Assembly: GCA_017626395.1 (NCBI GenBank) | Contig: JAGAIU010000015.1 | Coordinates: forward strand, 3,746 to 67,745 | DNA: 64,000 nt | Reading direction: 5' to 3' | From: Clostridia bacterium | GTDB taxonomy: Bacteria > Bacillota > Clostridia > TANB77 > CAG-465 | Part shown: piece after piece, positions 9,817 through 19,892 of the stretch | Layout: each line of letters opens with the position of its first letter | How positions within the stretch are numbered: position 1 is the stretch's first letter | The notes under the pieces: model-generated | Told to the model about the DNA's origin: nothing | The model's database searches: none | Seen by the model: only the letters and a program-made list of their open reading frames with translations | Made by a program: the position numbers and the translations under genes

Positions 9817-10677
9817 TTATTTATCTAATTTCTTTTTATTTATAAAGTCTATTGCATTTTCAGATGTAACAACAGGTCTTTTAATTTTTTTCTCTATATT
9901 TTTTCTAGTTACAGAGGCAATTCCGCCACCTTCTTTAGCATCATCTTTTAATTCTTTTACACCTTGCGAGTCATTTGTTTTATGAAGTTCGGTAGTAGTA
10001 GCTTCAGCAAGTGTTAGTAAAGCTAATTCTAAATTAGACATATTATCTCTTAAGTTCTGTTTATCTAATCCTTTTATATCTTTATGTTTTTGTGTAGTTA
10101 TTCCAAAAGTTCCTTTACTAATTTCGTCAGTAAGTATTGCATAGTCACTTGTTTTAGCACCTCTATTTTTCCACTCACCAGTTAATTCATTTCTAGTATC
10201 AATTGAACGTAGACGGCTATTTACCCATTCTGGAGAATACCCTTTTTTTAGATATGTTTTTTTAGCTCTTTCGATTGCAAGAGAAGGATTGTTTATCTCT
10301 TGTATTCTTTCTTCAGCTAATCTTGCAAACCATAATTTAAAGGGTTCAGCATTTGGAGATGGAATACTTTGTATAAGCCTAAAAATTGTTTCCCTATTTG
10401 CACAGTCTGTAAGTCTCATTTTCCCATCTTTAGCTAGCATTTTTAACTGGTGACAATTTGTCACCACTTCAGAATCTTCTTCTTTTATTAACCTTTCTTT
10501 TAATTTATTCCAATATTTTCTAGCTTTCTGGTAATCAAATTGTTCTGTTAAAATTGAAACAATATCTACTATAGAGTAATACCATTCACCATTATAAACT
10601 AGTTTTCTTATCTTTTTACTTTCAAAAAAGGTTAAATTATTTTCATTATTATTTGTTAGTTCGTTTTTATTATCCAT
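9817..10677 (-). CDS. Bro-N domain protein, DNA-damage-inducible protein D (DinD)-like
   Basis: N-terminal Bro-N-like segment (FESKKIRKLVYNGEWYYSIVDIVSIL...KARKYWNKLKERL) typical of DinD and phage antirepressor N-termini. The C-terminal half is charged. Confidence 0.5.
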   Translation of the reverse strand: MDNKNELTNNNENNLTFFESKKIRKLVYNGEWYYSIVDIVSILTEQFDYQKARKYWNKLKERLIKEEDSEVVTNCHQLKMLAKDGKMRLTDCANRETIFRLIQSIPSPNAEPFKLWFARLAEERIQEINNPSLAIERAKKTYLKKGYSPEWVNSRLRSIDTRNELTGEWKNRGAKTSDYAILTDEISKGTFGITTQKHKDIKGLDKQNLRDNMSNLELALLTLAEATTTELHKTNDSQGVKELKDDAKEGGGIASVTRKNIEKKIKRPVVTSENAIDFINKKKLDK

Positions 10678-10931
10678 TACAGCCTCCTTTGTTTAACACA
10701 AAATAGGTTATATATTTTGTATCTAATTACAATAAGTATTATAGCATTTTTTTACGTGCTTGTAAACAAATGTTCTTAAAAACATAATTAATAAAGTTGA
10801 TATATTTTGACAAGTAATATTTTTCAATACTTTGATTATTAGATTTTAAAATATAACCAATTATCTTAAAAAAATCAACTTTTTTCTTGCTAAATCGACA
10901 TTTGTGTATTATAATTCTTGATAACTATTTT

Positions 10932-10965
10932 ATAGTTTGAAACTATTAAATTTAATAGTTTGAAA
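10932..10965. promoter_or_regulatory. overlapping palindromes plus a direct repeat, candidate operator in the divergent intergenic region
   Basis: ATAGTTTGAAACTAT (10932-10946), perfect 18-nt palindrome ACTATTAAATTTAATAGT (10942-10959), and TAGTTTGAAA repeated at 10933 and 10956. Sits 15-45 nt upstream of the RBS of the 10992 gene. Confidence 0.35.
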
Positions 10966-10991
10966 AAAATAATAAATAAGGAGGAGATACT

Positions 10992-12668
10992 ATGACTAAT
11001 GAAAACAGAGTGTCTAATTTTACAACATTGGATTACTTTTATTATTATATTAAAGGGTATGCAATAGCAATCGAATACAAGTATACAATTATAGCACTAA
11101 GTTTAGCATTTAGATACTACGAAGTTTGTTCCTCTAGAGGAAGCTCACGTTTTACTTACGTATTAATAGATGCATACGACTTAATTACCCAAGGTAAAGC
11201 AAGTGATTATACTTGTGCTAATACAATTTTGCAAGATGTTATTGAAGAATACGAAAACAGTACTAATTTAGATGAGTTTGCTACTAAATTTTCTTTTTCA
11301 AGTAATAACTTAAATCAAATTGAAGTACTAAGTGGCGAGGAGAACTATCAAAATGCACTAAAAACAAATCCACTTAAAGGTGTAACAAGAAATAAAAAAA
11401 TGCCTAAAGTATTACCTTATAGTGGGCTTGAAGAAATATATAAGTTTATTGAAGAATATGCTACATTAAACGAGTATAAGAATACACTAATTGCACTAAA
11501 AGTTGCCACTAAACTTCATGCTGGACAAAAAAGAAAAGGTGGAAGTCCATATATCATACATCCGTTAGAGATTACATTAAGAATAATCTATTCTGAGACA
11601 GATGACGATATAACTTGTGCTGCATCACTTCTTCATGATGTTATAGAAGATAACGAAGAAATTTGTAACACAAATGGAGAAACACTTATTACCGAATATG
11701 GTATTGATCCTGAAGTTGTTAGAATAGTTAGACTTTTAACTAAGCCTAAAGATTATAAAATAACTGACCCAGGAGAAATAAACTATTATAAAGGTATTAA
11801 GTCAGATATCAGAGCAAGTAATATTAAGCTTCACGATAGAACAGATAACCTTAGTACAATAGAAGTATTTAAACTTGAAAAAATGATGTCATATGTAAAT
11901 GAAACAAAAGAACTAGTATACCCGTTACTTGTTCTTAAGAATTATTATCCTGAATATTCTAAAGCATTTACAAATGTCAAATATGTTTTACGTTCAAATT
12001 GTGAAGTTATCGAATCTATATTAAAAAGGAAACCAACAAATCTAGATTTTAATGGATATCAAAGAACATTGTTCTTCATCAAAGGGTTTGCCAAAGGTAA
12101 GAATATGGAAAACACAGTAAAAGCATTGTCTATTGCTTGTAAATTACATGAAGGACAATTAAGACCAGCAGGAGATCCATTTATTATTCATCCACTTCGT
12201 GTAGCTTTGTATTTAATAAATCTAAGACTAAATGACGACACTACCTGTGCAGCGGCATTGCTTCATGAAGTATTTAAGAAATGTAATGTTACTGATGGTG
12301 GAGCAAGAATTACAGAAAAGTATGGGTTATCTCCAGAAGTATTTGAACTTGTTAAGTTAGTATCAAAACCAAATGAAATGAGTAAAGACGAATACTATGA
12401 AAACCTTAGTAGAAATCCTAAAGCATTGTTAATAAAGTTATCTAACAGAGCAAATACTTGTACTACACTTAATACTTATGAACCTAGAGAGATAGATGAA
12501 TATATCGAAGAGTGTTATAAGTATATATATCCTCTTTGTGAGTATGGTGTTGAACATTATCCAGAGTTTTCTCATCACATTAATATAATGAGATCTCATA
12601 TATATCAAATATCGAATATTGTTTCATTCCTAACTCATTTGGAAGATAAATCTAAAACATCACTATGA
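10992..12668 (+). CDS. tandem HD-domain protein: two SpoT/RelA-type (p)ppGpp-hydrolase-like HD domains, the second with degenerate catalytic motifs
   Basis: Domain 1 has HAGQKRKGGSPYIIHPLEI, LLHDVIED and KLHDRTDNL. Domain 2 has HEGQLRPAGDPFIIHPLRV, LLHEVFKK (HD to HE, ED lost) and KLSNRANT. Strong RBS AAGGAGGAG. Confidence 0.65.
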   Translation: MTNENRVSNFTTLDYFYYYIKGYAIAIEYKYTIIALSLAFRYYEVCSSRGSSRFTYVLIDAYDLITQGKASDYTCANTILQDVIEEYENSTNLDEFATKFSFSSNNLNQIEVLSGEENYQNALKTNPLKGVTRNKKMPKVLPYSGLEEIYKFIEEYATLNEYKNTLIALKVATKLHAGQKRKGGSPYIIHPLEITLRIIYSETDDDITCAASLLHDVIEDNEEICNTNGETLITEYGIDPEVVRIVRLLTKPKDYKITDPGEINYYKGIKSDIRASNIKLHDRTDNLSTIEVFKLEKMMSYVNETKELVYPLLVLKNYYPEYSKAFTNVKYVLRSNCEVIESILKRKPTNLDFNGYQRTLFFIKGFAKGKNMENTVKALSIACKLHEGQLRPAGDPFIIHPLRVALYLINLRLNDDTTCAAALLHEVFKKCNVTDGGARITEKYGLSPEVFELVKLVSKPNEMSKDEYYENLSRNPKALLIKLSNRANTCTTLNTYEPREIDEYIEECYKYIYPLCEYGVEHYPEFSHHINIMRSHIYQISNIVSFLTHLEDKSKTSL

Positions 12669-12688
12669 AAATAGTGATGTTCTTTTTT
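12657..12688 (+). terminator. intrinsic terminator overlapping the stop codon
   Basis: ACATCACTAT-GAAA-ATAGTGATGT followed by TCTTTTTTC. Confidence 0.6.
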
Positions 12689-12785
12689 CGCTAATTTTAG
12701 CAATTCTTTTTATACTAAATTGTTATAATTCTACAAAATAATTTAAATCTTGGTAGTATAACTATAGTATCTAAGAGGTGGTTAT

Positions 12786-13694
12786 ATGATAGATGAAATT
12801 TTAAAGGTGTTACCTAAATATATCTCTAATGAGATAATTAGGTTAAATTGCAGTCAAAATATTACCGAAATTAGATTAAGAGCAAGAGCTAAGGTTATAT
12901 TAATTTGTACAAATAGAGAAATTATTCTAGATTGTCTTGTAACTACTAACGCAATTTTAGAAGTATTGCTTAATGTATCTAAAAACTCTATTTATGCTAT
13001 ACAAAATGATATAAATAATGGCTTTGTTATAATTAGAGGCGGTCATAGGATTGGTATAAGTGGAGAGGTTGTATATGTTGATGGAAAGATTAAAAATATT
13101 AAGAATATATGTAGTTTAAATATACGTGTGGCAAGACAAATTTTTGGTTGTGCAGATAAAGTATTACCTGAAATAATATCTGACGGAAAGATTAATAATA
13201 CTTTAATTGTATCTCCACCTGGATGTGGTAAAACAACTTTAATTAGAGATATTATTAGACAAATTAGTAATGGGATACCTAATATGAGATTTAAAGGTAG
13301 AAACGTATCGTTAATAGATGAAAGAGGAGAGATAGCTTCTGTATATGAAGGAGTAGCAAGTTTAGATGTGGGTGTTAGAACAGATATAATGAGTAACGTT
13401 ACTAAAGCTACTGGTATGAAAATGATGATACGTTCAATGGCACCAGATGTTATAGCTACAGATGAGATTGGAAAGCCAGAAGATATAGTTGCAATTAAAG
13501 AGGCAATTTTATCTGGTGTTAATGTTATCTTTACTATGCATGGTGATTCTATAACAAGTATTATTAAAAACAAAGATATAAAAGAGTTATTAGACTTAAA
13601 TATATTTTCAAAAATTATAATTTTATCTAGTGGTAAAACACCAGGAGTTGTAGAGAAGATATATGATACAAATAAGCTAGGAGGTGCAGCATGA
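12786..13694 (+). CDS. spoIIIAA: stage III sporulation protein AA (ATPase)
   Basis: Walker A SPPGCGKTTLIRD. Size and family match SpoIIIAA. First gene of an 8-gene operon with overlapping or abutting starts. Confidence 0.85.
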   Translation: MIDEILKVLPKYISNEIIRLNCSQNITEIRLRARAKVILICTNREIILDCLVTTNAILEVLLNVSKNSIYAIQNDINNGFVIIRGGHRIGISGEVVYVDGKIKNIKNICSLNIRVARQIFGCADKVLPEIISDGKINNTLIVSPPGCGKTTLIRDIIRQISNGIPNMRFKGRNVSLIDERGEIASVYEGVASLDVGVRTDIMSNVTKATGMKMMIRSMAPDVIATDEIGKPEDIVAIKEAILSGVNVIFTMHGDSITSIIKNKDIKELLDLNIFSKIIILSSGKTPGVVEKIYDTNKLGGAA

Positions 13695-14206
13695 TATTTA
13701 TAAAAATAATTATTTCAATAGCAATATTGTGTATAACCTCGTATATAGGAATAGAGATGGCAATAGCGCTTAAATCTCGTGAACAAATTCTAACTGATAT
13801 GATTACATTTTTGAAAATGGTACAAAATGAGATGGTATATATGCTAAATAATTTACCTGTATCATATGAGATGTCAAGACAAAGACTCAACTCTGAACTT
13901 AAAGATGTAATAGGTGCTATTGTAGTAGATATGTCTAAATATGGAGTAGATAAAATAGATATGAGTATAACAAACAATGTTAATACTTTAGTATCATTAA
14001 AAGAATACGATAAGGACATTATAATTTCTACTTTAAAGAATTTAGGAAGGAGTGATTTAGAATCACAAAATAATATAATTGAAAATGCAATAACAATAAT
14101 TGAAAAACAAATTAAAGAGGCAAATGAAGTAAAAGTAAAAAGCTCAAAAGTATATAAAACAGTTGGAATAATTTCAGGACTATTAATTGTCGTTATATTC
14201 ATATAA
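13691..14206 (+). CDS. spoIIIAB: stage III sporulation protein AB
   Basis: Position in operon, ATGA overlap with spoIIIAA, N-terminal TM helix, about 170 aa. Confidence 0.7.
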   Translation: MIFIKIIISIAILCITSYIGIEMAIALKSREQILTDMITFLKMVQNEMVYMLNNLPVSYEMSRQRLNSELKDVIGAIVVDMSKYGVDKIDMSITNNVNTLVSLKEYDKDIIISTLKNLGRSDLESQNNIIENAITIIEKQIKEANEVKVKSSKVYKTVGIISGLLIVVIFI

Positions 14207-14212
14207 GGGGGA

Positions 14213-14413
14213 ATGAATATGGATATAGATTTATTATTTAAAATAGCGGGAGTTGGAATATTGGTTGCTGTATTAAATCAAGTATTATCTAAAGCTGGAA
14301 GAGAAGATCAAGCAATGATGACTACACTTACAGGAGTAATAATAGTACTTATGATGGTTATATCTAAAATAAGTGAACTATTTAATACTGTACGTGATAC
14401 TTTTAATTTATAG
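14213..14413 (+). CDS. spoIIIAC: stage III sporulation protein AC
   Basis: 66-aa two-TM protein with LFKIAGVGILVAVLNQVL...GRED, characteristic of SpoIIIAC. Confidence 0.8.
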   Translation: MNMDIDLLFKIAGVGILVAVLNQVLSKAGREDQAMMTTLTGVIIVLMMVISKISELFNTVRDTFNL

Positions 14414-14421
14414 GAGGCAAT

Positions 14422-14805
14422 ATGACTATATTTAAAATTGTTGGATTTGGAATAATATCAGTTGCTTTAATAATAGTACTTAAAAATCAAAAACCAGAGA
14501 TGGCATTAATGTGCGTGCTTGCAGCTTCTATAATACTGCTAGTATTTATTTTTGATGAATTTAAACAAGTAATAAACTTGCTTAATACACTAATAGAGAA
14601 CTCTTCAATAGATAAAAACTTTCTTAAAATAATATTAAAAGTAGTAGGAATATCATACATAGTTGAGTTTGGTAGAAATATATGCAAAGATGCAGGTGAA
14701 AACTCTATTGCTAATAAAATAGAGATAGCAGGAAAAGTAATAATAGTATCATTATCTATTCCAGTTATTACATCTTTAGTAGAAATGGTATCAATGATAA
14801 CATGA
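14422..14805 (+). CDS. spoIIIAD: stage III sporulation protein AD
   Basis: 127-aa polytopic membrane protein in the conserved operon position. Confidence 0.75.
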   Translation: MTIFKIVGFGIISVALIIVLKNQKPEMALMCVLAASIILLVFIFDEFKQVINLLNTLIENSSIDKNFLKIILKVVGISYIVEFGRNICKDAGENSIANKIEIAGKVIIVSLSIPVITSLVEMVSMIT

Positions 14806-15938
14806 TAAAACGTATAGCTTTAATAGTTTTTGTAATGATACTTTCTACTAATATATATGCAACGGATAATATTACTGAAGATATAGCAGAGAGTTTTGAT
14901 ATAGATAATTACTTAAAAATATTTGAAGATTATAATACAGAAAATAACATAGAGGGCTTTAATGTAAAAGAACTATATAGTGAGCTTATAAATGGTCAAG
15001 GAATTAATTATAGTAACGTTTTGGATATTATTGCAAATAACATATTAAAACAGTTTAAAGATACCTTTTCGAGCGTTATAAGTATATTTATTGTTATAGT
15101 TATAACTGCAATTGTAAAAAGTTTAGAATTAGATAGTGGAAGTGATGTAGTAAAAATAACCAAATTAATAATTTTAATATCTGTGTGTACTATCCTTCTT
15201 AAAAACTATTTAGATATTATATCGATGTTTAAAGATATAGTTAATCTCTTAGGATATGCAATGCAGGTAGTATCTACATTTTTACTTGGAATTTTAATAG
15301 CAACTGGTAAGATTACTTCTACAGGAATAATAGAACCATTATTACTTTTTATATCTAATTTTATCTGTTTTATAACTGAATATATAATAATTCCATTCTT
15401 TACAGTTTCTATAGCAATCAATATAGTTTCTAGAATATCTGAAAATATAAAAATGGATACATTATCTTCTATGTTTAGGAAATCTTCGTTATATATTTTT
15501 ACTACGGCAATAGGGATATTTTTATTTGTATTATCTATGGAAACAACTATTACAAAATCTATAGACAATGTATATTTTCAAACAGCTCAAACTGCCGTAT
15601 CTAATATGGTACCTGTTGTTGGAAAATTTTTATCTGATAGTTTAGATACTGTTTTAGGTGCAACACAGTTAATAGGAAAAGTAGGTGGTATAGTAGCACT
15701 TATTTCTACAACTATATTAGTTAGTATACCTGTATTTAAATTATTATCTGTAGTTATACTATATAACCTTTTAATAGCTATAAGTGAGCCTATCAATGAA
15801 GACAAAGATATAGAGTCGTTATTAAAGGGTTTTGTTGGAATATATAAAGATATGCTTGGAATACTTATAGGAGTAATGGTACTTTTTGTAATGTCTGTGG
15901 GAATTATTCTAAATTTAGTAAGTAGTGTAACTGTATAG
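14802..15938 (+). CDS. spoIIIAE: stage III sporulation protein AE
   Basis: 378-aa protein with signal peptide plus a multi-TM permease-like domain. Operon position matches. Confidence 0.8.
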   Translation: MIKRIALIVFVMILSTNIYATDNITEDIAESFDIDNYLKIFEDYNTENNIEGFNVKELYSELINGQGINYSNVLDIIANNILKQFKDTFSSVISIFIVIVITAIVKSLELDSGSDVVKITKLIILISVCTILLKNYLDIISMFKDIVNLLGYAMQVVSTFLLGILIATGKITSTGIIEPLLLFISNFICFITEYIIIPFFTVSIAINIVSRISENIKMDTLSSMFRKSSLYIFTTAIGIFLFVLSMETTITKSIDNVYFQTAQTAVSNMVPVVGKFLSDSLDTVLGATQLIGKVGGIVALISTTILVSIPVFKLLSVVILYNLLIAISEPINEDKDIESLLKGFVGIYKDMLGILIGVMVLFVMSVGIILNLVSSVTV

Positions 15939-15949
15939 GAGGGGATGCT

Positions 15950-16453
15950 ATGTCAGAAGTTTTTAGAAGTTGGATTAGTACGATACTGGGTATTGGAATT
16001 ATTTTTACAATCATTAGAATAATTACCCCAAATACTAAACTAAAAAGCTATATTTATTCTTTAATGGGGATAGTTACTATCATTGTAATATTAAACCCAC
16101 TTGTGATTATTTTTAGAAGCGACAATATTGAAAGTAATGTTAAAGATATAATGGTGAATATGAATGCAGATGAAACATTTAATTTTGATTATCTGAATTT
16201 ATCTGGCTATGAGCTTGCAAGCCAGAATAATCTTAAAGAGGCATTTAGAAATAATATTGCAAATGATATAAAAAATAAGTTGGGTAAAAACATAGATAAT
16301 GAGGTTGAAGTGTCTATAGATATCACACAAGAATATGAAATAGATAATATTACTATAAATCTAAAAGGAGACACAAGTTTTGATGTAACATCATTTATCA
16401 GTATTGAATATGATGTAGAAAAGGAAAAAATACAAGTGATAAAAGGAGGATAA
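15950..16453 (+). CDS. spoIIIAF: stage III sporulation protein AF
   Basis: N-terminal TM helices followed by a soluble domain, in operon position. Confidence 0.65.
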   Translation: MSEVFRSWISTILGIGIIFTIIRIITPNTKLKSYIYSLMGIVTIIVILNPLVIIFRSDNIESNVKDIMVNMNADETFNFDYLNLSGYELASQNNLKEAFRNNIANDIKNKLGKNIDNEVEVSIDITQEYEIDNITINLKGDTSFDVTSFISIEYDVEKEKIQVIKGG

Positions 16454-16456
16454 TAA

Positions 16457-16984
16457 ATGAATTATTTAGAAACCTTAAAAAATATAACTAAAGATAATAA
16501 AAGAAAAAAAGAAAATTTGATACTTCTTTTAATATTATTAGTAATACTCTTAGTTAGTGTTAATTATATATTTAATAGTGATGAAAATGTAGAAGAAACC
16601 AATGTGGAAGAAAAAATAAAAGAACAAACTTCAAGCATAAGTATAGAAGATAAAATTAGTGAAATACTTTCACAAATTTCTGGAGTAAGTGAAGTATCTA
16701 TAGTAATCAATTATGCAAATGAAGGAAATACCAGTGTTGTATATGATACAAAAGAAACAATGAATGAGCAAGGTAGTGTTACTAGTGTTGAAAAGAATGT
16801 AGCATATAACGAAAAAAGTGGAGAAAAAACGGCAATAGTAGAAATGTTTTCAGCACCTAAAGTTGAGGGCGTAATAGTAGTAGCAAAAGGAGTTCAAAGT
16901 ACAGAACTTAAGCAAAAAATATCTACTGCACTTGGTAATTTGCTTGGAATAGCATCATATAAAGTACAAGTTTTTGAAAAATAG
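16457..16984 (+). CDS. spoIIIAG: stage III sporulation protein AG (YscJ/FliF-like ring domain)
   Basis: TM anchor, then a C-terminal KVEGVIVVAKGV...KVQVF ring-forming motif. Confidence 0.7.
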   Translation: MNYLETLKNITKDNKRKKENLILLLILLVILLVSVNYIFNSDENVEETNVEEKIKEQTSSISIEDKISEILSQISGVSEVSIVINYANEGNTSVVYDTKETMNEQGSVTSVEKNVAYNEKSGEKTAIVEMFSAPKVEGVIVVAKGVQSTELKQKISTALGNLLGIASYKVQVFEK

Positions 16985-16993
16985 GAGGTTGTT

Positions 16994-17542
16994 ATGAAAA
17001 ATAAGGAAAAATTTAAAAGATTTGCAATGGCAGGTGTGTCATTTTGTTTTATGCTAGTAATAGCTAGTTATATCAATTATAAATATAATCCAGAAAGAGA
17101 AAAAGATTTAGGGCAAACAGTGTATGTTAACTCTAATTCAGATGAAGTAAAAATTTATGAAGAAACCCAAAATGTTAGTAACCCAAAAGATGAAACGATA
17201 GCTAATTTTAGATATGATAGAGATAATATGTACTCTGAACTTTCAAATAATTATACAGATGTTATAAACAATAGCAATTCAAGTGCTGAAACAATTGCAG
17301 AGTATCAAGGAAAGCTAAGTGAACTTATAGAAGAAAAAAATCAAATTATAATGATTGAAAATATGATTAAATCCAAAAATATAGAAGATGTAGTATTAAT
17401 TCCTACAAATAGTGGAAAAGTAAATGTTATATTAAAGGTAGATGAGTTAAATGAAGAACTAGTAGCTCAGGTAATGCAAATTATAGTAGATCAATTAGAT
17501 GTTAATGCTAATGATATAAGTATAGAAAAGATTAATATGTGA
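16994..17542 (+). CDS. spoIIIAH: stage III sporulation protein AH
   Basis: TM anchor and a C-terminal YscJ-like domain. Last gene of the operon, followed by a terminator. Confidence 0.7.
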   Translation: MKNKEKFKRFAMAGVSFCFMLVIASYINYKYNPEREKDLGQTVYVNSNSDEVKIYEETQNVSNPKDETIANFRYDRDNMYSELSNNYTDVINNSNSSAETIAEYQGKLSELIEEKNQIIMIENMIKSKNIEDVVLIPTNSGKVNVILKVDELNEELVAQVMQIIVDQLDVNANDISIEKINM

Positions 17543-17553
17543 GCAAATTGTGA

Positions 17554-17580
17554 AAGATATCCAATGAGATATCTTTTTTT
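17554..17580 (+). terminator. intrinsic terminator at the end of the spoIIIA operon
   Basis: AAGATATC-CAATGA-GATATCTT followed by TTTTTTTT. Confidence 0.55.
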
Positions 17581-17685
17581 TGTATTTATGTTGAATAAGA
17601 AAAAAAGTAATGTTAAAATAAATTATGTTATTGAAAAAATATAGAGTTTATGATACTATAAACTTGATATTATGAAATTTAAGGA

Positions 17686-18180
17686 GTGAAATTAATGAAA
17701 AATAAAAAGTACATTTTAATAATTATATTATTACTTATACTATTAGGATTAGCGGGTGCTTATATCATTTTAGGACCATTAGGATATAAAACAACAGAAA
17801 AAAGTGCAGCATTTTTTGATGATGTTTTAGAGTTACAATCTACATTATCATACTATGTAGGTTCATCATATTCGGATTCTTTTGGAGTTTATTCTAAAGA
17901 AGAAATATTAGCTGGAAAAACAGTAGATGGCGAACAAATAAAAGATAATTTAGATAATTTATTACCAACATTAATAGAAGAAGGTACAGAATTACCATAT
18001 AAAGATGATGAAAAAGCATATAAATTAAATATGGATTATGTAGAGACAACATTAAGCATCAAAATTGATGATTATGAAGGTGTAAGTTTCTATGTTGTTG
18101 AAGGAGATATTATAAAAGTTAAATTAGATTCAACACCAGAATGGTGGAATAATAATTATAATGGATTAATACTTACATAA
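17686..18180 (+). CDS. hypothetical membrane-anchored or secreted protein
   Basis: N-terminal Leu/Ile-rich TM or signal sequence, RBS AAGGAG, no recognised motifs. Confidence 0.4.
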   Translation: MKLMKNKKYILIIILLLILLGLAGAYIILGPLGYKTTEKSAAFFDDVLELQSTLSYYVGSSYSDSFGVYSKEEILAGKTVDGEQIKDNLDNLLPTLIEEGTELPYKDDEKAYKLNMDYVETTLSIKIDDYEGVSFYVVEGDIIKVKLDSTPEWWNNNYNGLILT

Positions 18181-18191
18181 GGAGAGATTAT

Positions 18192-18671
18192 ATGAAGCAA
18201 GTTTTTACTAGTATATTGAAATTTATAAGTATAGTAGCAGTAATTGCTTTAGGTGTATTATTAGTTATAAAAATTAAAAACGATACTTTAATTGAAAAAA
18301 ATATATATGAAGAAAATGAGAATATACAACTAGAATCTGAATATATAGTAAAAAAAGCAAACGATAAATTAGCATCTATTATAGAAACAATAGAGGCAGA
18401 AATTGATGTTAATATCGAGCTTGCAGATTCTGGAAGTATCTCTGAGTTAGACATTTATTTTGTTACAAAAGTAGAAAATGATTATAGATATATCGTAAAA
18501 AAAGTACAAGAAAATGGAACAGAAAATTTTGCTATATCACAAGATAACAATGAAGATGGAAGATATATTGTTTCACTTGAAGCGATAGGGTTAGATGAAT
18601 GTATTTATACTGATTTAGCAGACTATAATATAGACAAACAAGGCGTTATAACATATTTAAATAATGATTAA
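18192..18671 (+). CDS. hypothetical membrane-anchored protein
   Basis: N-terminal TM helix, RBS GGAGAG. Confidence 0.4.
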   Translation: MKQVFTSILKFISIVAVIALGVLLVIKIKNDTLIEKNIYEENENIQLESEYIVKKANDKLASIIETIEAEIDVNIELADSGSISELDIYFVTKVENDYRYIVKKVQENGTENFAISQDNNEDGRYIVSLEAIGLDECIYTDLADYNIDKQGVITYLNND

Positions 18672-18689
18672 TTTATGGGGGAAAATATT

Positions 18690-19244
18690 ATGGATAACGA
18701 AGAAAGATTACCTATTGGTGAAGATTTTGTAAAAAGAAAAATTCTTACAAAAAAAGATGTAAAAATAGTACTTAACTATCAAGAAGAACATCCAGAACTT
18801 AAATTTGGTGAAATTGTTGATGTTTTAGACATGTGTGAAAAAGAAGATTTATTAGAAGTTTTATCTTCAAATTTAGGAGTTAAATCTGCTATCATTGAAA
18901 GAAAATTAGATATAAATCCAATTAACTTTTTACCATCAGATATAATAATAACATATAGAGCATTACCTTTTAAGAAAGTGAATAATACTATTTACGTAGC
19001 TTTTGCTAATCCACAAGATACAGAAACTGTTGAATATGTTAGAAAGTTAATTGCAAAAGAAGGGTATGAAATTGAAGTATATATTTCATTATATACTACA
19101 ATACTTGCACATATCGAAAAGATAAAAAATTCTAAGCAAGTAAGAATGTGTTTTAGTGATACTAATGAAGAACCAGAAATAAAAGAAGAAGATATTGGTG
19201 TTACTATTTTAGAAGAAATAAAAAATAAATTTAGAAGAAAATAA
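18690..19244 (+). CDS. standalone T2SSE_N/MshEN-like domain protein (GspE N-terminal domain-like)
   Basis: Two-lobed pattern resembling the GspE/PilB N-terminal domain: DVKIVLNYQEEHPELKFGEIVDVLDMCEKEDLLEVLS, then LPFKKVNNTIYVAFANPQDTETVEYVRKLI. Start at ATG 18690 after a GGGGGA RBS. Confidence 0.4.
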   Translation: MDNEERLPIGEDFVKRKILTKKDVKIVLNYQEEHPELKFGEIVDVLDMCEKEDLLEVLSSNLGVKSAIIERKLDINPINFLPSDIIITYRALPFKKVNNTIYVAFANPQDTETVEYVRKLIAKEGYEIEVYISLYTTILAHIEKIKNSKQVRMCFSDTNEEPEIKEEDIGVTILEEIKNKFRRK

Positions 19245-19272
19245 CAGGAGCAAAACGCTTCTGTTATTTTTC
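19245..19272. terminator. bidirectional terminator between convergent genes
   Basis: ACAGGAGC-AAAAC-GCTTCTGT (one G-U pair) followed by TATTTTTC. Confidence 0.5.
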
Positions 19273-19749
19273 TTTTACATACGTGTTAGCCGGTGCTACT
19301 ATTTTATTAATTTGATCTACTTTAATTACAGGGACACTACCGTTATAGTCACCTTTAATTATAGTACCACAAATTTCTATCCATTCATTTTCATTTAATT
19401 CCATGTCACCATTATAATTAAATAAATATCCTGCAACTTGTGTACTATCTTCTGTTTCTAGGTATCTTCCACATACAAAAAAATCTTCTTTAAAATCTGG
19501 TAATGTGTATACAAATCCCGATACTTTTATTGTTCTTCCTATATTTTCATCTATGTTTTCATGTATTAATTTTAAAGAAGAAACAAAGTTATCTTCTGTA
19601 ACATTATAATAAAAGTCATCTATGCTAGCATTTGTAAAAATAGATGTATCATTAAATCCGAATTCAATAATAGATGCTATTATTGTTGCACATATAATAC
19701 AGAAAAATAGTATTTTTTTATAATCCATTTTCAAATTTATAACAAACAT
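19264..19749 (-). CDS. hypothetical membrane-anchored protein
   Basis: N-terminal TM helix, Cys-containing extracytoplasmic domain, no assignable family. Confidence 0.4.
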   Translation of the reverse strand: MFVINLKMDYKKILFFCIICATIIASIIEFGFNDTSIFTNASIDDFYYNVTEDNFVSSLKLIHENIDENIGRTIKVSGFVYTLPDFKEDFFVCGRYLETEDSTQVAGYLFNYNGDMELNENEWIEICGTIIKGDYNGSVPVIKVDQINKIVAPANTYVKEK

Positions 19750-19892
19750 GCCAATCCTCCATATATTTATAGTATATATATATTAAATTTAACTGAATTT
19801 ATGAATAAATATAATATAAAATAAATTTATATATAATTGTTTCAATTTAGCACCTTTTATGATATAATGAGTCCTAGTTGGAGGCATGAAGT

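Noticed and set aside
12689-12785. A sigma-E/sigma-G promoter upstream of spoIIIAA.
   Set aside because: Expected biologically, but I could not match a convincing -35/-10 pair to the clostridial sigma-E (ATATT...CATACA) or sigma-G consensus by eye. Left unannotated.
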